A stretch of DNA of 64,000 nucleotides from Deltaproteobacteria bacterium (GCA_013152945.1 JAADFL010000158.1:399-64398), one strand, 5' to 3'; positions 39,543-49,399 are shown, counted from the first letter of the stretch. A program made the numbers and translations. The notes: generated from the sequence alone by a model not told the origin.

Positions 39543-40925
39543 TTAGTAGGTATATCCGTACCTCTTCAAGAGTTCGGGGTAGGGCATGGTCCTGACCTCT
39601 TCCTTGATGCCTTCCTTTTCTCCTTCCTTTGGAGGCCTGCCCGGACAAACCCATGTCACATCCGGAGGCTGGGAGGCCTTTGCATAAGTGTCTTTCAGGA
39701 TCTTACGATCCTCAGCCGTAAGGGTACGCAGTTGTTGGTAAGATACGCTTTTAAGGTCTCCCAACCTGGTGATCACCTTTGCGATGACTTTTTCCACGTC
39801 GAATACCGGACCGGAGGCGCCGTTCGTAACCGTACCATCCAGTTGCTCGTAGTTTCCGTATCCCTTGGCCCAACCTCCCGCCTTGTTGTTTTTTCCTTCT
39901 TTCTTTATCTTTTCTGTTTGAGGTTCGACTGCGAGTTCGTCTTTCAATAGAGGGTAACGCATGGCTCCATCTTTAAAAATTCTGCCCTGATCATCCCTCA
40001 AGCCCGTTTTGAGTGAAAAAGGAAATTCCTTGGCCGTAAGCGGTTCCTTGAACATCTTGTTTGCCTTGAGAGTGAGGAGGACGCCCTTTTCAATAGTATA
40101 GTCATTGAAACAACGAACCGGAAAATCCACGCTGGGCTCAAGTGTCAACTTGTTGTACATGCCGAGAAGAAAGTTGACATCCGCCATGGACAAATTTTTT
40201 GCATCATCAAGGGTGAACGGCCGCCCCGAAAGGCTCTCGACAAATCCAGCCAATGTGACCGCCGGAAGGAGTGCTCCGTTTTTCTTAACCCTTGGATCTG
40301 CATAACGTCCAATATGAAAGCCTGCTTTCGGCATATCAAGAATAGCCTCTTTCCTGCCGTCCTCTGTTCCCCTCGGCAGAGTAACCTTGAACTTTCCCGT
40401 AAAACCTTCCGGTTTGTTTTTCTTTCCCCAGACCTTGCCCGGGGTGTTGAGTTGCTTGAAATCCTGCCTTGCCGCCTTTTGTGCAAGCCAAACGAGAAAA
40501 TTATAATCTACTGCATAAAGATCGCCGACCATCTTTGGGGTGGGATTTTTCTTGCCTGCCAATTCGTACAGCAGCCCGGTTATGTAATACAATTTTTTTG
40601 CCCTCGGGTTCTTTTTTACATCAGGATTGATGACGTACCTGGCCTCCTCGTTCACCCTTGGAATACGCATTATACCGGTATTACCGTCTTTGGTTCCTAT
40701 GGGCAGTATGAATCTCACGGCTATGCCGGGATCCTTTGCCTCGAGTTTCTTGATCTCGCTCTTGGTCAGGATGATCTTATCGAAGGGCTGTTCTTGATTT
40801 TTGTTGCTGCATCCTGCGAGCAACAAGAGTATTGTCGTGTACATGCTGATAGACAAGATAATTGAGAACCGATTACGCGATATCAGAACTTTTTTCAAGC
40901 TTTTTTCACCGTGCATGTATATCAT
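39543..40925 (-). CDS. Lipoprotein with three tandem phage/CIS tail-assembly-chaperone-like domains
   Basis: GGAGG RBS; lipobox LLAG|C39; three related repeats at about aa 70-150, 179-272 and 300-428. Confidence 0.7.
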   Translation of the reverse strand: MIYMHGEKSLKKVLISRNRFSIILSISMYTTILLLLAGCSNKNQEQPFDKIILTKSEIKKLEAKDPGIAVRFILPIGTKDGNTGIMRIPRVNEEARYVINPDVKKNPRAKKLYYITGLLYELAGKKNPTPKMVGDLYAVDYNFLVWLAQKAARQDFKQLNTPGKVWGKKNKPEGFTGKFKVTLPRGTEDGRKEAILDMPKAGFHIGRYADPRVKKNGALLPAVTLAGFVESLSGRPFTLDDAKNLSMADVNFLLGMYNKLTLEPSVDFPVRCFNDYTIEKGVLLTLKANKMFKEPLTAKEFPFSLKTGLRDDQGRIFKDGAMRYPLLKDELAVEPQTEKIKKEGKNNKAGGWAKGYGNYEQLDGTVTNGASGPVFDVEKVIAKVITRLGDLKSVSYQQLRTLTAEDRKILKDTYAKASQPPDVTWVCPGRPPKEGEKEGIKEEVRTMPYPELLKRYGYTY

Positions 40926-41034
40926 CTTAATCCTCCCTGGGCTAAAAAAGGATAATGCTTGATTGTTTTCTTAACACAATGACATTGTTGACTCAAGGTA
41001 ATGATTCGCGCCACAATCCCGGGGTGGAGGTCAA

Positions 41035-42924
41035 ATGTCCCAGGAAAAAATACATGACTCGTCCGCAAGCTCCATGTTTACGCTGGCGCTTATACTGATA
41101 TTTACGTTTCTCTCGTTATCGTCGTCAGGGCTTGGTTGCAGTTTGGCAGCAACAAGGCAGGACCTGCATTCCAAAAACGGGAAAGATTCGGCTGATAAGG
41201 CTGCGTCCGAAAACCCAACCGACTATGAGTCACCTGAAATGTTGCCCAATCCCAGGGCCTATTCCCATTATTTAAGGTCAAGACTTTTTGATCTGGACGG
41301 AAAGCCGGACCCGGCGATAAGAGAAATGAAAACAGCGCTCCTATACGATGACAGAGCAGCCCTGCATGTTGCGCTTGGCAGGTTGTACTGGAAGAAAGGC
41401 GATGATAAAAAGGCACTCGAAGAAGCAGGCCTGGCAATTTCCAGGGACCCAAACTACCCGGAAGCATTCAGGCTGTTGGCTGACTGCAACAGGGACCTCA
41501 AGGAATTCGCAAAAGCGGTGAAGGATTATGAAACAGCACTTGATTTGACGATTAGGCGAATTGAAAATTTAAAAAACTGCTCATGTAAGGCCACGCCCGG
41601 AAACGGCACATGTGCCGAATCATGTCAACTTGCAAATTCCTTGTTCTTCGATCTCGGCAGATTGCACATGGTTCTTTCCGGCTTCAATGAGGCCGAAAAG
41701 GTTTACAAGAGGTGGGCAAATTTCAGCCCTGAAAGGTCGGAACCCAGGTTCCAGCTCGGACGGCTTGCAGAAGAAAAGAAGGATTTCGATGCGGCTGAAA
41801 AATGGTATCAAGAGGCACTGGATGCGGATCCGTATGATTCCATGGCCTTCACGGCATTGGCCTCCCTGCTCGAAAGAAAAAAAGAATACAAAAAGGCTAT
41901 TGAACTATATCTGGACAACCTCCAGAGAGGAGGAGATGAAGTCCAAACCAAGTTACACATCGGCGAGCTTTATTTGAAGCTTAAGGATAACAAAAATTCA
42001 AATGCCTATTTCGAGGACGCGGCGAGCTCGATGCCGGGATCGAGCAACATCAGGTTCAAGATAGGCGCAATCCTTTACGACTCGGGCCTCTTCGAGAAGG
42101 CCGAGCAGGAATTCAGGAAAGGTTTGGCTCTGACGGCAAACGACTACAAGGGCCGGTACTTGTTGGCGTTGACACTGTACCAGATAGGAAGATTCAGCGA
42201 TGCGCTCAAGGAGGTTTCCAAGATAGACAAGTCCGCAGGTGACGTGTACATCGATTCAGTACGGCTGCAGGCGGAACTTCTTCGCAGGTCGGAAAGATCC
42301 CGTGAAGCAGTCGAGTTGCTGGTCCCGGTATACGAAGAACACAAAACAAACGTGGATGTCGCATCAGACCTTGCAATGGCATTGTTCGACCTGGGGAAAA
42401 CAGATGAGGCCCTGAAAAAGATTGAAAGGCTTATGAGCCTTCCATCATTGGAACGTGACGACCTTCGATCCTTGAGCTTCACATACTCCATCCTCCTGGA
42501 GCGGGCGGGAAAGAAAGCAAAGAGTCTGGCCCTCCTGAAGAAGCTCCTCGCCCAGTCGCCGGACGACCCTGTTGCCTTGAATTTCCTAGGTTACACATTG
42601 GCGGAACGCGGCCAGGACCTGGACAAGGCCGAAGAATTGATTCGCAAGGCTTTGGAGAAGAAGCCGGAAAGCGGATATATAATTGACAGCCTGGGATGGG
42701 TATTGTTCAAAAAGGGCAAATTGGAACGAGCTCTCCAAACCTTCGAGGAGGCGGACAGAAAGGCCCCGCGAAACCCGGAAATCCTGGAACATATTGCGGC
42801 ATGTAAGCTTGCACAGGGAAAAAAGTCAGAAGCGGCGAAGATATTGAAAAAGGCGTTGAAGTTCTGGCCCGAGCCGTTTGTCAGGACCAGGATAAAGTCA
42901 AAGCTCAAGGAACTTGTACATTGA
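41035..42924 (+). CDS. Tetratricopeptide repeat lipoprotein
   Basis: Lipobox-like GLGC; many TPRs; ALNFLGYTLAE and YIIDSLGWVLFK motifs typical of the TPR protein encoded next to lolB. Confidence 0.85.
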   Translation: MSQEKIHDSSASSMFTLALILIFTFLSLSSSGLGCSLAATRQDLHSKNGKDSADKAASENPTDYESPEMLPNPRAYSHYLRSRLFDLDGKPDPAIREMKTALLYDDRAALHVALGRLYWKKGDDKKALEEAGLAISRDPNYPEAFRLLADCNRDLKEFAKAVKDYETALDLTIRRIENLKNCSCKATPGNGTCAESCQLANSLFFDLGRLHMVLSGFNEAEKVYKRWANFSPERSEPRFQLGRLAEEKKDFDAAEKWYQEALDADPYDSMAFTALASLLERKKEYKKAIELYLDNLQRGGDEVQTKLHIGELYLKLKDNKNSNAYFEDAASSMPGSSNIRFKIGAILYDSGLFEKAEQEFRKGLALTANDYKGRYLLALTLYQIGRFSDALKEVSKIDKSAGDVYIDSVRLQAELLRRSERSREAVELLVPVYEEHKTNVDVASDLAMALFDLGKTDEALKKIERLMSLPSLERDDLRSLSFTYSILLERAGKKAKSLALLKKLLAQSPDDPVALNFLGYTLAERGQDLDKAEELIRKALEKKPESGYIIDSLGWVLFKKGKLERALQTFEEADRKAPRNPEILEHIAACKLAQGKKSEAAKILKKALKFWPEPFVRTRIKSKLKELVH

Positions 42925-43697
42925 AACACAAACCTGCAGCCAGGATGATGATAGTGATATCATGCATTATTTGCATGGGATGCTCCGGGGTCCAGGTAAG
43001 TCAAAACAGGGATGTCCCGGCTTCCCGGGTCGACTTGGCCAAGGCCCTCGAAGCCCGCCGACTGGCAATACAAACGCTGTGGGCCAGGGCCTCGGTGCAG
43101 AGAACCAAGTTGAACAGGAGACGCAGGATAGTGGTAAAAATCTGGGTCCAACGCCCGGATCATATCCGTATGGAGGCCACGGGGCCCCTGAATCAGGCTA
43201 TAGGGGTCCTTGTCGCACATGACGGATTTTTCCAGATGCTCTCGGCTGAAGAGGGCGTGCTGTACGAAGGCCCTGCGACTTCGAACAACATGGCCCGGTT
43301 GTTCGGACTGGCTGTACAACCCCCGCAGATAATCGATATTCTGCTCGCCCAGGCCCCGTCCCCAAAGGGGGAGGTATCAAGGGATTCGAACGGCCTGTTT
43401 CGATACCGGGAAAGGCTCGGATCCAATCTAATCGAAGTATGGTTGGACCCCAAAAACATGTGCATGAAGAAGGCTATGTTCCTTGATTTTGAATCCAAGC
43501 CCTTTTACGAGGCCGAGGTGACTTCTTTTTATTCGGTACAGGGCAGGAACATACCCAAGAGACTCTCTTGCAGGGCTTTTCAAGACGATGATGTTGTAAA
43601 GATAAAAGTTCGGAAGGCCAAGCTGAATATGTCCTTTCCACCAGGCACGTTTCAAATCGAGCAGCCCGAGGGCGTACGCATCGAGGAAGTTCCTTGA
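42921..43697 (+). CDS. LolB-like/DUF4292 outer-membrane lipoprotein
   Basis: Lipobox CMG|C; VQRPDHIRMEATGP; LolA/LolB-like ending FPPGTFQIEQPEG. Confidence 0.7.
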   Translation: MKHKPAARMMIVISCIICMGCSGVQVSQNRDVPASRVDLAKALEARRLAIQTLWARASVQRTKLNRRRRIVVKIWVQRPDHIRMEATGPLNQAIGVLVAHDGFFQMLSAEEGVLYEGPATSNNMARLFGLAVQPPQIIDILLAQAPSPKGEVSRDSNGLFRYRERLGSNLIEVWLDPKNMCMKKAMFLDFESKPFYEAEVTSFYSVQGRNIPKRLSCRAFQDDDVVKIKVRKAKLNMSFPPGTFQIEQPEGVRIEEVP

Positions 43698-43749
43698 CCC
43701 GATGTTACAAATTGGGCAAAGTTGCATACTTGCAACTGTGTAAAGGTGT

Positions 43750-44463
43750 ATGGCACATCAATTGTCTGCACCGAAGGAGCCATGCTTTCAGGGAGCTGTC
43801 GAGTTGAAATCGAAAAAAAACAGGATCAAAAAGCTTCCCAAAGCGTCAGTGCATATAGAGGACCTGTCCGGGATGGAGGACGAGGACCTACTGGAGATGT
43901 TCGTGCGAGGAGAACAACTGGCTTTCAACGTGCTGTTGGCCAGGTACAAGCGGCCGTTGATGGGTTTCATATTTCGCTTTCTCCAGGATAGGGAGGCGAG
44001 TGAGGACATATTCCAGGAGACATATCTGAAAATCATTAAGAATGCCGCCACGTTCAAGGGGCAAAGCAGGTTCAAGACATGGTTGTTCAAGATAGCCAGG
44101 AACCTTTGTATCGACAGGCTGAGGCATCTCGGGGTGCTTACCATGGTGTCTGCGGACCAGCCTTTATCAGGAGATGACGGTGCATCCATCCTGGACAGGC
44201 TTCAAAGTCCTGCAATGGGTCCCTTGGACGAGGTCGAGCAGCATAATTTGGTATCAAGGATAGAGGCTGTCCTTACTGATGTTCCCATTGAACAAAGGGA
44301 GGTATTTATTTTAAGGGCGGTCCTGGATATGCCGTTTGCAGAGATAGCGCATGTAACGGGTGTTTCGGAAAACACTGTTAAAAGCAGGATGAGGTACGCC
44401 ATGGAAGGCTTGCGTAAGAGGCTTGCCGATTTGGGCGCCCAATCCGCTTCGGAGGCAAGGTGA
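43750..44463 (+). CDS. ECF RNA polymerase sigma factor
   Basis: SEDIFQETYL, FKTWLFKIARNLCIDRLR, EIAHVTGVSENTVKSRMRYA; true start may be further downstream. Confidence 0.93.
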   Translation: MAHQLSAPKEPCFQGAVELKSKKNRIKKLPKASVHIEDLSGMEDEDLLEMFVRGEQLAFNVLLARYKRPLMGFIFRFLQDREASEDIFQETYLKIIKNAATFKGQSRFKTWLFKIARNLCIDRLRHLGVLTMVSADQPLSGDDGASILDRLQSPAMGPLDEVEQHNLVSRIEAVLTDVPIEQREVFILRAVLDMPFAEIAHVTGVSENTVKSRMRYAMEGLRKRLADLGAQSASEAR

Positions 44464-45677
44464 GCGACTGCAGCCGATTCAGGGACCTGATGGTCGAGAA
44501 GTTATACGGAGAACTCGACCCGCGGGACCAGGAGGCATTGTCCTTACATTTAGCTGTATGCGAAGACTGCGAAAAAGCCTGGACTGATTTTTCAGCCATA
44601 CGCGATGCTTCTTCCAGGCTCGTTCAACCCGAACCGCAGGATGGTACTGTTTCTTTTCTTCTTGAGCAGGCGGGAGCCGAAACAAAAGCAATCAATAACC
44701 GGCGATATCGGACATATTTCAGGAAGGTAACGCTGTCCGGCCTCGCACTTGCAGCAGGTGCACTGCTTGTGTACGGCGTGACCGGCAAGCTCCTTTCCGG
44801 CGCGGTTCAACCATCCCGGGAACCGGCGCGAAAATGGGCGACCTCGATTAAGACAGCGCAAGAAAAAGCGGTAAAGAAAGCCGAAGCAGAAAAGATACAT
44901 ACGGTACAGAATGTGCTGAATGAACGAACGGCTGTTGTTGGACCAAAAAAGAAAGAACAAGCGGCGGGCAAAGGTGGGATTTCCATAGGAGGCGAAATCG
45001 AAAGTCGCACAATAGCCAGTGTCAAAAGCGGCAAGCTTGTTTCCAAAGGGGTGTTCGAACCTGAAAAGAAAAGAAAATACAAAACAAGGACCGGGAGAAC
45101 AGGCAATAAGCCAAGAGCATCTACGAGATCAAGGGCGACAAGGAGAAAAATTCTACTTGAGAGACCGGCACCAAAGGCTGAAAACAAGGCCAAGAGCAGG
45201 CCAAAAAAAAATATCGACAAGACACTTTCTCTGGCAGTGAAAGAGTCAGAACCGGCGGTGTCCAGGGGGGCTGCGATGCCTCCGGCAGCCCCAAGTATGA
45301 CACCTGCTGCAGCAAGCGGGATCAAACGGGACGAAGAGACTACCGGAACAGCCAGGTACAGAAGGAAGAGAAGAAGGAATGCGCCCGTGTCAGCCGACCG
45401 AGAGCAAGCTGAAGAGGGCTTTCTTGGAACAGATTATTCAAACCTGTTGTCCATGGCAAGAAAGGCCGGGAAATCAGGTGATTACGAAAAGGCTCTATCC
45501 TTGTACTTGAAAGCGCTTGGTGGGCTTGAAGGTAAAGACGAGGAGGACGCGTACTTCGAAGCTGCAACCTGCGCCCTGAAATTGAAGAAAAAAAGCCAGG
45601 CAAAGAGACTGTTGAACAACATGGTGAAGAAATTTCCGGAATCCGGAAAAAGGGCCAAATCACTTGGAATAGAGTAG
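44460..45677 (+). CDS. Zinc-binding (zf-HC2) anti-sigma factor with TM helix and C-terminal TPR
   Basis: HxxxCxxC (HLAVCEDC), TM helix, basic low-complexity linker, TPR; overlaps the sigma stop. Confidence 0.88.
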   Translation: MSDCSRFRDLMVEKLYGELDPRDQEALSLHLAVCEDCEKAWTDFSAIRDASSRLVQPEPQDGTVSFLLEQAGAETKAINNRRYRTYFRKVTLSGLALAAGALLVYGVTGKLLSGAVQPSREPARKWATSIKTAQEKAVKKAEAEKIHTVQNVLNERTAVVGPKKKEQAAGKGGISIGGEIESRTIASVKSGKLVSKGVFEPEKKRKYKTRTGRTGNKPRASTRSRATRRKILLERPAPKAENKAKSRPKKNIDKTLSLAVKESEPAVSRGAAMPPAAPSMTPAAASGIKRDEETTGTARYRRKRRRNAPVSADREQAEEGFLGTDYSNLLSMARKAGKSGDYEKALSLYLKALGGLEGKDEEDAYFEAATCALKLKKKSQAKRLLNNMVKKFPESGKRAKSLGIE

Positions 45678-45786
45678 CTATGTAGATTATGAAAGGCTAC
45701 CGGTAATTCTCTTTATCTATCGGTAGAATCCGGATTTCAACCCTTGGGCAGGATGATTTTTTACCAGTGAAAAGCGGGATTTGTCC

Positions 45787-45814
45787 TTGACAAGCGTTTC
45801 ATCGTTTCTAGGAT
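45787..45814 (+). promoter_or_regulatory. Putative sigma70 promoter of the gcv operon
   Basis: TTGACA, 16 nt spacer, TAGGAT, about 60 nt upstream of gcvH. Confidence 0.5.
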
Positions 45815-45873
45815 ACGATCAAATGTGCGATCAGAGGAGAATATGGTTTGAAGTCGAAAAAGGGAGAGAGCAA

Positions 45874-46287
45874 ATGAATATTCCCGAGGATTTGAAGTAC
45901 AGCAGGACACATGAATGGGTGCGGATCGAGAATGACGAGATTGCCGTTGTGGGCATTACAGACCATGCCCAGGAACAACTGGGGGACGTTGTCTACTTGG
46001 GCTTTGAGGACGAAGAAGGCCTGACCATTGAGGAGGGGACGGAAATCGTGAAAGGAAGGCAATTCGGCGTGGTGGAGTCCAGCAAGACCCTGGCCGAGCT
46101 ATATGCCCCGGTTGGGGGAGAAGTCGTTGAGGTCAACCATACCCTGACCAACAACCTGGAGACTATAAATGACGATCCTTACGAGGATGGTTGGATGGTC
46201 AAGATAAGGGTCAGCGATCCCGGGGACCTGGATGATCTCATGAATGCCGCGGAATACAAACAGTTCCTGGAAGAAGAAGCTCACTGA
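45874..46287 (+). CDS. gcvH: Glycine cleavage system H protein
   Basis: PEDLKYSRTHEWV, GITDHAQEQLGDVVY, lipoyl-Lys VESSK, INDDPYEDGWMVKI. Confidence 0.95.
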   Translation: MNIPEDLKYSRTHEWVRIENDEIAVVGITDHAQEQLGDVVYLGFEDEEGLTIEEGTEIVKGRQFGVVESSKTLAELYAPVGGEVVEVNHTLTNNLETINDDPYEDGWMVKIRVSDPGDLDDLMNAAEYKQFLEEEAH

Positions 46288-46335
46288 AAAGGCCGGACAG
46301 CCTTAAGCCGCCCGGGTCTTAAGGGAAAACCAGAA

Positions 46336-47682
46336 ATGAGATACCTGCCGCACACTACTCAAGATATTTCAATCATGCTCCACGAACTGGGATTTGAAGG
46401 CATAGAAGACCTGTTTGCCGGGATCCCGCATAGCTTGATGTTGCAGAGAGACCTGCACCTGCCCGGTCCCATGAGTGAGCCGGAGCTTAACCGGCACCTG
46501 GAAAACCTGGAAAAAGCCAACCCTGCTGCTTCCTGCATATCTTTCCTGGGAGCCGGCGCGTATAGCCATGCTGTTCCGGCGGCGGTGGACGCAATCGTAT
46601 CCAGGTCGGAGTTCAGCACTGCCTATACTCCGTACCAGCCCGAGGTGAGCCAGGGCACATTGCAGTCCATATTCGAATTCCAAACCGTAACCGCCGGGCT
46701 GCTGGGCATGGACGTAGCCAATGCCTCAATGTACGACGGTGCATCCGCTGCTGCGGAAGCTGTTCTAATGGCCAAACGCGTACGCCGAAATATTACCAGG
46801 ATAGTTCTTTCCGCCGGATTGCTTCCAGAGGTTGGACGGACCATTGAGACATATGTGTCTGCCTTGGACCTGGAAATAATTGAGGCACCTCTTTCTGGTG
46901 AAGGCATTCTGGATTTGGGCGCCCTTTCCGCGGCGCTTGACAAAGACACGGCACTGGTGGTGCAAACACCCAATTTCCTTGGTTGCATAGAGGACATGAG
47001 GAGCCTCGCCGGCTTGGCCGGGGAGAAAAATGCATTTTTTATTTCATTCACTGCAGAACCTTACTCACTGGCCGTGCTCGAGCCGCCGGGAAGTTTTGGA
47101 GTGGACGTGGCGACCGCCGAGGGACAGGCATTTGGTAACCCTGTATCATTCGGCGGCCCTTACCTGGGCCTCTTTGCCACGAGTAAAAAATACGTTCGCC
47201 GCATGCCGGGTAGACTTGTCGGACTCACAAGGGATGGTGCCGGAAAACAAGGTTTCGTGCTGACCCTGGCCACCAGGGAGCAGCATATCAGGAGAGCAAG
47301 GGCCACCAGTAACATATGCTCAAACGAGGGACTCTGCGCCCTTGCATCGCTCGTGCATCTTTGTTGCCTCGGCCCGGAAGGCTTGGCCCGGGCCGCGCGT
47401 ATCTCCAGGGCAAACGCGGAATACCTGAAAGCCGGCATTGCAGAAATTCCCGGGTTTTCAATTCCGTACAAGGCGTCCACCTTCAACGAGTTTGTTGTGG
47501 AAACGCCGGTTCCTGCAAATGACCTGGTACAGGAATCAACACGCCATGGCATACTTCCGGGAGTTCCCCTCAACAGGTTGAAAAACGGCAACGAGAACCG
47601 GCTCTTGATCTGTACCTCGGAATTGCACACCAGGCAAGACCTGGACAATCTAATCCGGGTCCTGAAACAAAGGGGGGCTTGA
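46336..47682 (+). CDS. gcvPA: Glycine dehydrogenase subunit 1
   Basis: MRYLPHT, TAYTPYQPEVSQG, NASMYDGAS, TREQHIRRARATSNICSN. Confidence 0.96.
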   Translation: MRYLPHTTQDISIMLHELGFEGIEDLFAGIPHSLMLQRDLHLPGPMSEPELNRHLENLEKANPAASCISFLGAGAYSHAVPAAVDAIVSRSEFSTAYTPYQPEVSQGTLQSIFEFQTVTAGLLGMDVANASMYDGASAAAEAVLMAKRVRRNITRIVLSAGLLPEVGRTIETYVSALDLEIIEAPLSGEGILDLGALSAALDKDTALVVQTPNFLGCIEDMRSLAGLAGEKNAFFISFTAEPYSLAVLEPPGSFGVDVATAEGQAFGNPVSFGGPYLGLFATSKKYVRRMPGRLVGLTRDGAGKQGFVLTLATREQHIRRARATSNICSNEGLCALASLVHLCCLGPEGLARAARISRANAEYLKAGIAEIPGFSIPYKASTFNEFVVETPVPANDLVQESTRHGILPGVPLNRLKNGNENRLLICTSELHTRQDLDNLIRVLKQRGA

Positions 47683-47684
47683 AC

Positions 47685-49178
47685 ATGGCTAAAGTTCCGG
47701 GAACCAAGGGACTCAACTTGGACGAGTCCTTGATATTCGAGAGATCGCGAAAAGGCCGCACAGGTTTCTCTCTGCCGGTTGAGGACCAGGATTTGCGAGA
47801 GATAAGCACCTCCCATGTTCCTGCTCCGCTCGAGAGGAAAGACGGCCTGGACTTTCTTCCTTCTGTAAGCGAAGTGGACGTGGTCAGGCATTTCACCAGG
47901 CTTTCCTCCTGGAATTACGGCGTGGACAGCGGTATGTATCCCCTCGGCTCGTGCACCATGAAGTACAATCCAAAGATAAGCGAGGCCGCCGCCAGGAGGC
48001 CTGGATTCGCAAACCTCCACCCGCTTGCACCCGAAAGTCTTTCCCAGGGCGCCTTACAACTCATGTACGAGTTGCAACAATTTTTGGCAGAGATAGGAGG
48101 ATTCGCCGCGGTTACGCTCCAGCCCGCAGCCGGTGCTCACGGCGAATTAACAGGAATAAAAATGGTGCGGGCCTTCCACCTCGATGTTCACGGACGTCCC
48201 AGGAAAAAGGTCATTATTCCGGACACAGCTCATGGCACCAACCCGGCCTCGAGTGCGCTGAACGGGTACGAAGTAGTCGAAATCTCTTCCGGCGATGACG
48301 GAGTTCTTCATGCTGAACAAGTAAGGGAGGCCATGGACGAAGAGGTGGCGGCCTTGATGCTGACAAATCCGAACACCCTTGGTCTCTTCGAGGAGCACAT
48401 CGCTGAAATAGCCGGGATCGTCCATGAAAAGGGAGGATTGTTGTATTGTGACGGGGCCAACATGAATGCACTCTTGGGCAAGGCCAGGCCGGGTGACATG
48501 GGGGTCGATGTACTGCAGTTCAACTTGCACAAGACTTTTTCAACACCTCATGGAGGAGGCGGACCAGGCTCGGGTCCGGTAGGAGTGGGCAAGGTCCTAG
48601 AACCCTATTTACCCGTTCCCGTGGTCACGCACAAGGGCGATCGTTATCATCTCGACAATGACCGGCCCAAGTCCGTGGGCAAGATGCGCTCCTTTTTCGG
48701 CAATTTCGGGGTAATGGTCCGTGCCTACACCTATCTGCTGGAGATGGGGCCGGCCGGTTTGACTCGTGCCGCGGAATTGGCTGTTTTGAATGCAAATTAC
48801 GTGAAATCCAGGCTGGAGAAATATTACCACCTTCCTTACAAGAAAATCTGCATGCACGAGTGCGTATTAAGCGACAAGATGCAAAAGGCAAACGGTGTAA
48901 AGACCATTGATATTGCAAAACGCTTGATCGACCTGGGCTTCCATCCTCCTACGATATACTTCCCATTGGTTGTGGACGGCGCCATGATGATAGAGCCGAC
49001 CGAAACAGAATCCCTGGAAAGCCTCGAGTCGTTCGTGTCTGCAATGAAGCAAATAGCAAAAGAGGCAAAAACAGATCCCGGGATCGTGAAATCCGCGCCA
49101 CACAATACCAGGTTATCGAGGCTGGACGAGACCCTTGCCGCAAGGAATCCCGTGCTCACGTGGTCCAAGCACGATTAG
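47685..49178 (+). CDS. gcvPB: Glycine dehydrogenase subunit 2
   Basis: YPLGSCTMKYNPK, QPAAGAHGE, NLHKTFSTPHGGGGPG, MIEPTETE. Confidence 0.96.
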   Translation: MAKVPGTKGLNLDESLIFERSRKGRTGFSLPVEDQDLREISTSHVPAPLERKDGLDFLPSVSEVDVVRHFTRLSSWNYGVDSGMYPLGSCTMKYNPKISEAAARRPGFANLHPLAPESLSQGALQLMYELQQFLAEIGGFAAVTLQPAAGAHGELTGIKMVRAFHLDVHGRPRKKVIIPDTAHGTNPASSALNGYEVVEISSGDDGVLHAEQVREAMDEEVAALMLTNPNTLGLFEEHIAEIAGIVHEKGGLLYCDGANMNALLGKARPGDMGVDVLQFNLHKTFSTPHGGGGPGSGPVGVGKVLEPYLPVPVVTHKGDRYHLDNDRPKSVGKMRSFFGNFGVMVRAYTYLLEMGPAGLTRAAELAVLNANYVKSRLEKYYHLPYKKICMHECVLSDKMQKANGVKTIDIAKRLIDLGFHPPTIYFPLVVDGAMMIEPTETESLESLESFVSAMKQIAKEAKTDPGIVKSAPHNTRLSRLDETLAARNPVLTWSKHD

Positions 49179-49399
49179 GTTCATTGCCGGTAGTTCTCTT
49201 CCCGGTGTTCCATCCAAACAGGCGAAGCCAAAGTGATTGCCAGGGCGCGACGGCGAAGCCGCACCCTACGACGAAGCCGTACCTTACAGTATTCGCGTAG
49301 GAGCAAAGCAGCCCCAAGCATTTCGAAAGCCGGTAGGATGCGGAAATTGTTTTTGGTGACAGCTCCAGCCAATCAGTTCGGGACGGTGCTCCTCCTCGC

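Noticed and set aside
39481-41035. Prophage or CIS remnant around the chaperone-like lipoprotein
   Set aside because: No sheath, tube, baseplate, integrase or att-like repeats; both flanks are housekeeping genes with short spacers
47160-48020. 286-aa antisense ORF across gcvPA/gcvPB
   Set aside because: Shadow of well-supported genes on the opposite strand
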